DNA of 63,770 bases, filler included, from Piptocephalis cylindrospora (lineage: Eukaryota), in NCBI GenBank assembly GCA_003614145.1. It is 3 parts of 3 records of this genome, joined end to end, with 100 filler letters (N's around TTAATTAATTAA, not from the genome) between each part and the next. Parts side by side here need not be neighbours in the genome. Positions count along the whole stretch, not along the records: positions 22,108 to 44,077 come from KZ987805.1; positions 44,178 to 63,770 come from KZ987819.1; 1 more part is not named here. The stretch is one strand, 5' to 3'. Each line of letters opens with the position of its first letter. Within the stretch, counting starts at the first letter, position 1. Positions 36,726 through 46,046 of the stretch are shown one piece after another. The notes under the pieces were generated by a model. The model saw only the letters and a program-made list of their open reading frames with translations, searched no databases and had not been told where the DNA came from. The translations under genes were made by a program, and so were the position numbers.

Positions 36726-37832
36726 TTAGGAGGTCACCTCGTGTATTTGCTTTCCCAAGCTCTTGATGTCAGTAGCAATCTCTCCGACGAGGATGGAGGC
36801 CGGACCCATAATCTTGACAAGAGCCTTCTGCGCGACCTTTAACTCTTTGGATGGACACTTTATCTTCCTCTTAGAGTCCTTGAAAAGGTTCTCAAGGGCA
36901 CGGTTTAGCTCGTCTTTCTCTTCACTTGTGTAGGGACATCCGTCGTTGTTGCAAGAGATGTCGAGTAAGCGGATAGACTCAAGGTCAACCTCGTACAGGG
37001 TACGAGAATCTGCTGATGGCGGCTGAGGCTTCTCAGCGCCACAATTATTGGCCAGGCCAAGGGCCATACTATATACTCGTAGGTAATGGTATAGCAAGGG
37101 AATCTGAAACAGGAATCTTTCCTGGAGCGAGAGACCTTTAATGTAGACCCGAAGGCCTACTAGGACTTTTAAGACACTGTCAGCGCTAGCCAGACGAACA
37201 CCTTTTAGCACTTTCTCGGGAAATAAGGTTTTAGTCACTTCCTTTAGTAGGTACTCATACTCCTTTTGGCCAATGAAAAGTCCTTGGGAAAAGGAAGACG
37301 CTACTTTGGATACTACTAAAATTTTCCCGGAGGATGTGTCACGACCATCGTACTCAAAGATCATCTTTGAGATGATGCTAAGTCCCCAGAGAGACCGGAG
37401 GGTTCGGCCCAGGCTAGACACCATTCTCCTAGTCAACTTACGACAGTCGCTCTTATCCTTCTTGGTCAAGGAAGTCCAATTAACTGAACAATGATCGGCT
37501 ACCTTTTTGAATTTTTCCATGTTGGTCCCGCTAGTTCTTAGCTGCCTCGCGACAATTTGACCCTGTTTCTTCCATTCCTTTAAAGCAGTATGTCTCTTGA
37601 ATGCAACCGCCTCAATGAGGCTGGGTTTTTGGAAATGGTCATAGATTTCTCGGAAGCTCGCTATAGTCCTCCCCAGCCTATCCAGCTCGTCTGTATTTAC
37701 CAGGTCGTACTCCTTGGACTGGATTTCACGGTATTCGACGACTTTACTCTCCCAAGAACTCGTGAAGCCCCCGAACGGGACGGCCAGAGCAGAGGACGCC
37801 AGGGTCAAGGCGAGGAGAAGAATGAAGAGCAT
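36726..37832 (-). CDS. Secreted alpha-helical protein of unknown function, tandem paralog A (effector candidate)
   Basis: Signal peptide MLFILLLALTLASSALA; 368 aa; intronless; Lys-rich; aligns with the neighbouring gene. Confidence 0.8.
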   Translation of the reverse strand: MLFILLLALTLASSALAVPFGGFTSSWESKVVEYREIQSKEYDLVNTDELDRLGRTIASFREIYDHFQKPSLIEAVAFKRHTALKEWKKQGQIVARQLRTSGTNMEKFKKVADHCSVNWTSLTKKDKSDCRKLTRRMVSSLGRTLRSLWGLSIISKMIFEYDGRDTSSGKILVVSKVASSFSQGLFIGQKEYEYLLKEVTKTLFPEKVLKGVRLASADSVLKVLVGLRVYIKGLSLQERFLFQIPLLYHYLRVYSMALGLANNCGAEKPQPPSADSRTLYEVDLESIRLLDISCNNDGCPYTSEEKDELNRALENLFKDSKRKIKCPSKELKVAQKALVKIMGPASILVGEIATDIKSLGKQIHEVTS

Positions 37833-38328
37833 AACGAGACGGGAAAAGTTACGGGAAGGACGTCAAGCAGTAGTAGGGAGGGTGAATAAGATAATATGGT
37901 CTAGGGAAGAAGCGTAATCCGAGCAAGACCAAAGGACGGTGGGTTTTGGAAGAGAAAAGAAAAGGAGGGCTAGACTCGGGCAGGAGGTGGGCCAGGATGC
38001 ACACCCAGACCGTATATTACGGCACATTCAGATGGATAGACAGAGCCATTTCATGATGCATTCCTTCGATCCAATCACTATCATCTATTATAGACCATAC
38101 CATATGCATAAAACTCCGCTCGGTCATCTCCCCGACCCCGCTCAAATCGGATGACCATTTATCATTAAAAAAGGACTTGTCACTTTAGTAACTCCAGGAA
38201 TCATTCAACCTAGCTTGAATTTCATATCCCAGGGAAAACATCATGATAGATTCGAAAGTATCCAAGAGAAGACCATGTATACTAGGATAGCATCTCTCCG
38301 CCCCAACCCACCCATAACACACATCTTC

Positions 38329-39342
38329 TCAGTAAGACGCTATGCGCTTAATGGTTCCCCCCAGTTTCTTCAGTTCATAACCAATGGACTCGGTTAATAG
38401 AGAGGGCGGTTGTATAATCTGGGGAACGTACCTTTCCACTCGGGAAACATCCTCCACCTCACAGTTGGGTTTTTGTTCTTGAGACTGCTTGAGAAGAGTT
38501 TGGAGAGAACGTTTCAATGAACCCAAGGTGTCCCACTTGTACCCTTCGTTCGTGGAGAGCAAAGGTGCCATCGGGAGAAGAGTAAATGAATCCATGTCCT
38601 TTTGAAGCAACTTGGAATCCCCCTGTTGATGTTTTTCACATAAGTTAAGCAGGTCAACCGCCAGGCAGAAGACACGAAGATGATGGTAGTATCGGGTAAT
38701 ATCCAGGGAAAGTCGCTCATATATCGCGGGATTCATATTCAATATTCCTTCCCTAGGAATGGCTTTTCTAAACATTCTAGCATTAGTCGGGTCTACCTTG
38801 TTGAGGCTAACGAGGCGGGAAGGGGCCGTAAAACCTGGATTATCGGCCGAAGAGTCAGGTATGGCACCCTCAATTGGGTATTCAAACACATCGTCCAGCA
38901 TGGGACGGAGGAGATAAAAACTCTTGAGTTCCCTCTCAAGACGGTCAACGACCCTCCTAAGGTCATTGGAACACTCTTTCCTGGATTTCACGTTTAGGGG
39001 CCGATCCTTCCGGGCACAGTTGTTGACGGTCTTGGCCAACTTGGTCATATACTCTCCACTGCCTTCCAGGACTTTAGCCACCTTTTTTGCTGTTTGCTCC
39101 CACGCCACTTTCACATCACTGTTTTTTTTTATCCAAGTAGACTTAATCAACTTAAAGTGCCCAAACTTCTCACGGTAAAGAGTAATCGTCTGCTGAAGTT
39201 CCTTCACGTCCCCTTCCGTTAAAGGGGGAATATCTGAGGGTTTCTTGGGAAAAAGCCTAGCTAAAGAAGGCTGAATGAAGACTGGCGAGGAAATCAGGAC
39301 CAGGGTGAGAGACGGGAATAGGAAATGGCGTGGAAATAGCAT
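38329..39342 (-). CDS. Secreted alpha-helical protein of unknown function, tandem paralog B (effector candidate)
   Basis: Signal peptide MLFPRHFLFPSLTLVLISSPVFIQPSLA; 337 aa; shares C-x14-C and YH(Y/H)LRV with paralog A. Confidence 0.8.
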   Translation of the reverse strand: MLFPRHFLFPSLTLVLISSPVFIQPSLARLFPKKPSDIPPLTEGDVKELQQTITLYREKFGHFKLIKSTWIKKNSDVKVAWEQTAKKVAKVLEGSGEYMTKLAKTVNNCARKDRPLNVKSRKECSNDLRRVVDRLERELKSFYLLRPMLDDVFEYPIEGAIPDSSADNPGFTAPSRLVSLNKVDPTNARMFRKAIPREGILNMNPAIYERLSLDITRYYHHLRVFCLAVDLLNLCEKHQQGDSKLLQKDMDSFTLLPMAPLLSTNEGYKWDTLGSLKRSLQTLLKQSQEQKPNCEVEDVSRVERYVPQIIQPPSLLTESIGYELKKLGGTIKRIASY

Positions 39343-40258
39343 AGTGGACTGGAAAATAGAAAAGGGCGTTAAGCAGGGTGAAGAAAAGGCGTAATCTCCA
39401 AGGAGAAAGAGAGACGATGGCAAAGGTTGATACGGGAAAGGAAAGGACCAAGGCCCAGTATTTATGGACTGGGAGTAATACAGTCCATAAGCCATGCCCT
39501 TTGGTATCGCACCCCAAGATGTCTCTCCTTTTCTAGCTCCGCTCGGGGAGTATCATGGTGAGGATCTCCAACCAATAATCTGAGCAGGCCCCGTGTCCGA
39601 AATGTAGCCACCTCAACTGTCCGCTGGGATATTCAGTACAGTCACTCTACTCAGATTCTGATCAAGTCATTTCCTTGCGCTAGCATGCATCCTCATACCA
39701 TTTCTCGCCAATGCATCCCCCCTCCTGATGATTGATTTCCTGTCTACTCCGCCGCTTATAATACTCAGATAGGATACATGTCCTCTTTCTATTATTCCCC
39801 TACTCCTTGAATAATAAAAAGGACGCGCTTCTCTACTACTACTGTAATATTCATCCCGCTTTGTCCACTTTCAAACTTCCCTTGATTTCATTTATCTCTC
39901 CTCCTCTGGACCCACACAATTTTCGATATGCGATATGGACAGAGTCCCCATATCGACCAGAGTGGAACCTCTCACACACACATACACACGAGATTTCCCC
40001 CTCCTTGTACCACATGTTCCCAGATCCCCTCCTCCTCACCCTTGAGCCCCAGCTACATCAGCACACACCTAAGCCCCTGTGTTCAGCTCTATTCCTCCTC
40101 TGCGCATGACTAGGGAGGGCAAAGACTGTCATTGTTCTCACTATGGCAAGCCAGACTTTAAAAAGGGGTAAGGTAAGGCGACAGCGAGAGCTTCAAAGCT
40201 CCTTACCATCTCGTCATCCCCCACTCTCTCCATCCACCCGCCCACCCACCCATCCACC

Positions 40259-41700
40259 ATGTTCACCATTCCCGCCAACAGTATTGTAGCACTACAACAG
40301 CCTCTCTTCAAGGCAAGTATTACCCTCTCTCTACTAGGTTTCACTTGCCATCCTGACCGTCCACTTCATGCCACTACCAATAGGTCCCAGCGGAAAAGAT
40401 CCGCAAGGCCGCCCGAACCGAACAAAAGCACATTGATAAGGAATTGTCAGGGGCCTTATCTCAGGTGCAGCAGGCCAGTAAATCCATGGCATCTGGGAAA
40501 GACCCAGTCGAGGTAGCCGAGACTCTTCGGGCCCTTGCTCAACGGCTAGATCGAGTGCGGAACAAGGTATACTGAGTGTGGGAAGAACACTTCCCAACCC
40601 CCACTCATCCCACAGCATGTATCTCCCCTTCTTTAGCTCAGGAATGTGAGGAAAGAGGGTCAGGAGGCCGGGAGAAAATCCGAAGTCAGGGTGCAACACA
40701 TGCGAAGCTTGTGTGAGGCAGCCAAGACAGAGGAAGGCGTAGTGGAGGGCTGGAGACAATGGAGTGATCGAGAGGTCAATCGAACCATCGTTGACTTTCT
40801 TCTTCGCGAGGACCGTACCGATATTGCCATGGATCTTGCCGAATCCACCGGAGTCAAAGACCTCGTCGATGGAGACCTTTTCCGCGTCTCCCTTACCATT
40901 ACTCAGGCTTTGGAGGGGCATTCGTGCGCCGAAGCCCTTCAATGGTGCTCGGATAACCGGGCTGCCCTGCGAAAGATTCAGGTAGGCCCTGACGACTGAG
41001 ACGAAATGCATATAAAACTCACTTATTCATCCACCCATCTATCTACCCACAGCATCCACTTGAATTTCATCTTCGAGCTCAAGAGTGTATTGAGCTCCTC
41101 CGGCAATCCCAGAGGGAAAAGGCAATTCAGCATGCGCAAAAGGAACTGGTCCCACTCACTGAGGGTCTCTCGGACCGACAGGATCTCTTAAATCGAACCA
41201 TGGCTCTCCTGGCCTTCCCATCCTCCACCGATTGTCCGAGATATCGGAAGATGTACTCACAAGGACAGTGGAAAAGATTACAGGACCTCTTTCTCTCGGC
41301 CCACGCCACCCTCCACTCCCTGCCTCGACGTCCCATCCTCCTTTCCTCTCTCCAAGCCGGGCTCTCGGCCCTACGCACCGCCTCCTGTGATCCGGACGGT
41401 CGACGGCGCAAGCACCCAGCTTCTGCCCTGGCTTCTTCCAAGTGCCCGGCCTGTGTGCAACCCACGGCCAGGCTGGCCAAGGATGTTCCCTATGGCCATC
41501 ACATCCACAGCACCATCATCTGTCGGGTTAGTGGCCGAAGGATTGGTCAAGGTGAAAAGGCTGGTATGGCCCCCAACGGCCAAGTGTACGCCTGGAGGGT
41601 CTTTGAGGAAGGAGCCACCCGGAACGGCGGAATATTTCAGTGTCCCCAAACCGGGGATACCTGTCGATTGGATCAAGTCAAGCGGATCTTCATCATGTAG
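40259..41700 (+). CDS. FYV10: GID/CTLH complex subunit FYV10/GID9 (MAEA)
   Basis: Exons 40259-40312, 40384-40566, 40637-40981, 41053-41700. LQQPLFK|VP, LisH (VNRTIVDFLLR), CTLH (EALQWCSDNRAAL..LEFHLR), LQAGLSALRT and a degenerate RING (CPAC..H..PNGQVY..CPQTG). The first intron is GC-AG. Confidence 0.88.
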
Positions 41701-42216
41701 CGTCTTTGTGTATGTGGTGTTTGCGATTTGGACACGGGAATACAACTGTGTATGCTGCTTATGACACAATGGCTGGCTGACTAGCTTTATGCGTGATCAT
41801 CCAGGGCCAATCGCCGCATTGTCTATTTAATAATTAATTAGTCTCATCATCCGCCATCCACACAACACTTTCGCATCTTGCACATAGATTCAAAAAGTAA
41901 AAGAAATGGAAAGACCCTCATGGACAGGTATGTATGTATTGACCGTGTGTATAATGACACTACGAGAGAAAGAGAGAGAGAGAAAGAGGAAGACGAGTGG
42001 AAACGAGAGCAGAAAGAAGACCCGAGGAATATAAAATACCCCAATAAGTCATCCCTTTCTCCTCCTCATTGCCCCTAGCCCATCCTCCCCTCCCCTACCT
42101 CCCACCACGATACACACACATACCCATACACATAAAGACCTCGTGTCTCCATGCACATACCTGCAGAGTGAGAGATGGAAGTATCCCAGCCCTCCTCTTT
42201 CTTGTTCACATCCACT

Positions 42217-43101
42217 CTAGTTCTTCTCCTTCCGGAGCTTGGCGACCTGAGCGGAGATGATGGTGCGCTTCTGCTTACGGAGCTTCATGAGCTTGAAGCG
42301 ATCAAAGTCGGAGAGGGAAGCACGGGTGGTACGGCTCTGGATCTTCTTGGCCCAGCCGGTGGTCTCCCACTTGGAGATGATCTCCTGGGTCTGGAGGGCC
42401 TTGCGGACGGTGGAGGCGCGGGCGGCACGGGGAAGGTTCTTGATCTTGAAAGGAGTCAAGGTCATGTGCTTGTAGGCGTGGGAGTGACGGGGGACACCAG
42501 TGACGGGACCCTCGACGAGGGCACGGTTGTGATCCACGACGTCAAGGATGACGGCGAGGCGACCGTTGTAACGGGTGTCGTTGAGGAGGACAACGCGTCC
42601 AACCTCGACCATACGGGTGAAAGTACCTTCCTACATGAGGAAAGAGAAATGGGAAGATGAGTGGATGTGCTTAAAAGGAAGGGAGGAAGATGGTGTGTGT
42701 AATAGGGCATATGAGACGGACACCAGTGCGTCTCCCAGTCGACTGGACTAGCCCCTAAGCATAGTCTCTACACATTGAATATCATTCGCGCATAATGACC
42801 CAGAAAGTAGACGGCCCTCCACCGATGATCACCACGTATGCCTCTGGGTAGTCGTGGTCCCATACCCAAGGTTCACCTAGATTCATCTGGGCTAGGATGT
42901 ATACGATCCCTTTCCATATTACATCATGACCTGGCCATGCGCCATGATGCCTCCCCATCCTCTCCTCGAATCCATCCATCCGTCCCGTCCATCCATCCTG
43001 GCATCCATCCATCCATCCAGCTATTTAGGCATACCCTCCCCTCCATTCCATAACCCTTATCGATTCATCCATCCTTGTTGATATAATCTACTTACCGACA
43101 T
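42217..43101 (-). CDS. RPL14: 60S ribosomal protein L14 (eL14)
   Basis: Exon 1 ATGTCG (43101-43096), 465-nt intron, exon 2 42630-42217. VEVGRVV, DVVDHNRALVEGP, WAKKI..R..LSDFDRFKLM. Confidence 0.95.
42695..42845 (-). ncRNA. Candidate intronic H/ACA-type snoRNA or structured element in the RPL14 intron
   Basis: Hairpin, then H-box-like AGACTA (42767-42762), then a hairpin (TAGGGGC/GCCCTA lower stem, GAGACG/CGTCTC upper stem), then ACA (42700-42698). No target identified. Confidence 0.35.
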
Positions 43102-43249
43102 GCTGCTTGAAGGGGGCTCGTGCTAGCTGGGAGAGGAAAAGGGGGAGGCAACGGGGTGCTGTTGGGGACGCTAACTTGGAAAGGAGGAGCACTTTGACTG
43201 GGTCGTGCCTACCGTGTCCACAGTGTCAGTGTTGTTAGGCAGGAGGAAC

Positions 43250-43279
43250 ATGTGTGTATGTGTGTGTGTGTGTGTGTGT
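43250..43279. repeat. (TG)n microsatellite upstream of RPL14
   Basis: TG run with one interruption. Confidence 0.85.
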
Positions 43280-43876
43280 ATGATAATATCTGCCGTGGGT
43301 GTACTGCTCATGCTGAATACGGAGATCATATGTACAGCAGTATGACAGCAAAGCCGTGTGTATGGCTAATCCCCTCTGTGTCTTTGAAGTGAGTGAAATA
43401 AGGGGAGTTCTCTAAAAAAGAAGAAAAATCACCAGAATACTCCAAAAACCCTTCATTCCAGTAATAATCGGCTATAAACATTGATCCAGGGTCTCTTGTA
43501 CTTCATGTTTAGGAGTAAAGTCAACTATAACCCGAATAAATTCACTAAAAAGTATCTATTTAGCACAGCGTGTGCCTTACAGATGTTGGGTGAAATTCTA
43601 GTTGGACATAGTATCATTCTCTGTTCATAATGGCACGGCCCTTACTAAAAAAAGACCCTTCCCGCTTTCTAGTGATTGAGACACAAGCAAGATAAATGAT
43701 GCACACTAGTGAATAAGGTGATAGTTTAGATCCTCGGCGTCAAAGCGTTCCCTCATCCCTCACCTCATCACGTCTCCCCTTCCCAGCTATAGTCAGGCAA
43801 GCCACACTGCTGCCCCTGCCTACCTTTCTCTCCTCCCCCCCCCCCCCCCCCCCCCACCCCCTCCCCCAGCAACCAC

Positions 43877-44077
43877 TCACCACCCCACCTCCACTCCTTC
43901 CCCGGGCCCGCCCTCAACCGCGGGAGGCCGAACGACACAGAGGGGCGTTCCAAAACGCAGGGCCCCATCTATCGCGTCCATCCCCAGGACCAAAGGGTCC
44001 TTCTTGGTGAACACAGCTCCAGAGATCACGCGAAGGAGACAAGGGAAGACGGCGGCTCCGGCCTGGCTATGCTTATT
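43877..44077 (-). pseudogene. Fragment of translation initiation factor eIF5B (domain IV) at the contig edge, running into a G-rich tract
   Basis: Reads NKHSQAGAAVFPCLLRVISGAVFTKKDPLVLGMDAIDGALRFGTPLCVVRPP, which resembles the eIF5B AVFPC..F.K.DP...G.D...G.LR.GTP.C motif. Not in the ORF track. Confidence 0.7.
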
Positions 44078-44177
44078 NNNNNNNNNNNNNNNNNNNNNNN
44101 NNNNNNNNNNNNNNNNNNNNNTTAATTAATTAANNNNNNNNNNNNNNNNNNNNNNNNNNNNNNNNNNNNNNNNNNNN
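44078..44177. other. Scaffold gap with artificial TTAATTAATTAA spacer
   Basis: 100-bp block of N with the spacer at 44122-44133. Confidence 0.95.
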
Positions 44178-46046
44178 CCTCGCATCAAGTGACCCTTGAG
44201 GATGAGGGAGCACCGATCTCGGGAATCAGCCTCATCCGTAATGAGTAGCTCAGTCTCGGTCAGGGTATTCTCCTCTACCCCACTCTCGCTCTCCTCGGTC
44301 AAGCTCGAGGATGCTATCTCACTGGACAAGTCATCCTCGAGTAAGGGGGATCCCTTCTGTCCATAGCCATAGGCCTGTGAGCATAGGGTGTCCACAGCCG
44401 ATCCAACCCCAGTGACTATGGCTTGCCCAGTCACTGCGGTGATGAGGTTACCTAGGGCAGCCGAGGCCAGTGCCTCCTTCCCAAGGTGTCCAATGGAGAT
44501 GAGGGAGACGAGAGGCAAGGCTTGGGTCAGAAGACACGCCAAAGAGATGGGCACTGTTCGGTCAAGCACTAGTCCTGCTTCCTTCCAGCTTAGCCGGGCG
44601 GGAGGGGATGGTCGATCCTCCCCGGAAGTAGAGGCGCTACGAGTGGTCTGTAACAGGGGGGTGTCTTCTTCTGCCCAGGTCTCTGGTTGCTGTGCAGCTT
44701 CGGAGGTCAGGCCCTCTTGGACCTGGTTCTGCTCGTTTCCTTCTTCCAGATGGAGATCCGATGTTGCTGGGGAGCCTTGAGTAAGGAAGACACCATCCAC
44801 TTCTTCTCTCTCATCCTCCTCCTCTTCATCTCGCTCATAACCTTCTTCCTCCACATCCGAGTCCCATGCCGTATCCTCATCATCATCATCATCGCTGTAA
44901 AAGGCTGGAGGAGCCAGGAGAGCAGGGTCATCAATGGATTCAGTCAAATCACGAGACATATCAACTGTTAGAGCTGGGGAGGAGGGGGCTGTGATGACGA
45001 GAAGCGGAGGGCCTGAGTCCTCTTTCTCTTTTTCCTCGACGACCTCTTCCTCAATGATCTCTTCTTTAACAGTCTTCTCCTCCACCTTCTCCTCGCCCAT
45101 AGCCTCTTCCTTGGGACAAGACATGTCAGAGAGGGAGGGAGGGCCCGGATGGATGGAATCCCTGGCCGGGTCCATGGACACTCCCAGCCGAGAGAGGGGG
45201 GGAGTGGCGGGGGGGAGAGGAAAAAGCTGGGAGAGTATTTCCATTGTCCTCGTGTTCCCATTTGGGACATACGAGGTCTGGGACTCTTTCCGCCAGTGTT
45301 TCACAATCGCTCTGAGCAGATGCTCGGGTCGATGAAGGAGAGAGGGGAGTCATAGGACGGGAAGGAGGTTCGATATGAGAGTTGGAGGAGGAGGAGGAGG
45401 AAGAAGTGATGGGGATGGGGGAAACAGCGCTCTCTGTCTCCTCGGCCACCGGTGAGGGAGGTGGGTTGGTAAGTCTCTTGGCCATGGAGGTTGAGGAAAG
45501 CGTTATCCTGCCTGAACCCAAATCCGAAGGATGATGAAGGAGGATGGGTGCGGGTCGAGACGGTGGCTGCCCAGGGGACTCTACGGGCTTGGCCACCGGA
45601 GATGATGGGAGCTTCTCTGAGGGGATGAGGGGAGCTTCCTGAGTAGAAGCCAGGATTGGTACCTGAATCTTTTGGGAGAGAGCTGCTGGAGCTTCGGAGA
45701 GAGCCTCCTTGGTAGATGGTGCGGATACCTCGACAGACTGAACAGCCTCCTTTTGTTCGACTACTTCCTGTTGTTGAGCTACCTCTTGCTGTTGGAGCGC
45801 CTCCTGCTGCATAGCCTCCTGGTGTGCGGCCTTGGCCTCTAGAGTATGGGGTTGACCAAGGGCAGGGGCAGCGACGGGAGCAGTGGCGGCAGAGCGTTGA
45901 TGAGTAATGTGAGGATAGGTCGACTCGAGAAAGTCATCATCGCACATGAAGCCTTCTTCGAAATCAGAGTCCCAATCAAAGGCTGTATCGAAGCGGGAAA
46001 GGGTGGAGCCGCGGGGGCGAAGGAAGGTGCCAGAAGAGGAGGGCAT
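44178..46046 (-). CDS. MATE family efflux transporter with a long acidic N-terminal extension; 3' end lost in the gap; frame break near 45200-45270
   Basis: The MATE start PISLACLL..IGHLGKEALASAALG..TG..GVGSAVDTLCSQAYG is in ORF 44126..45304. The upstream ORF 45126..46082 overlaps it in another frame. Confidence 0.72.

Noticed and set aside
43190..43202. CAGTCAAA resembling the Homol-D box of ribosomal protein promoters
   Set aside because: One mismatch in an 8-mer and a single instance; not distinguishable from chance.
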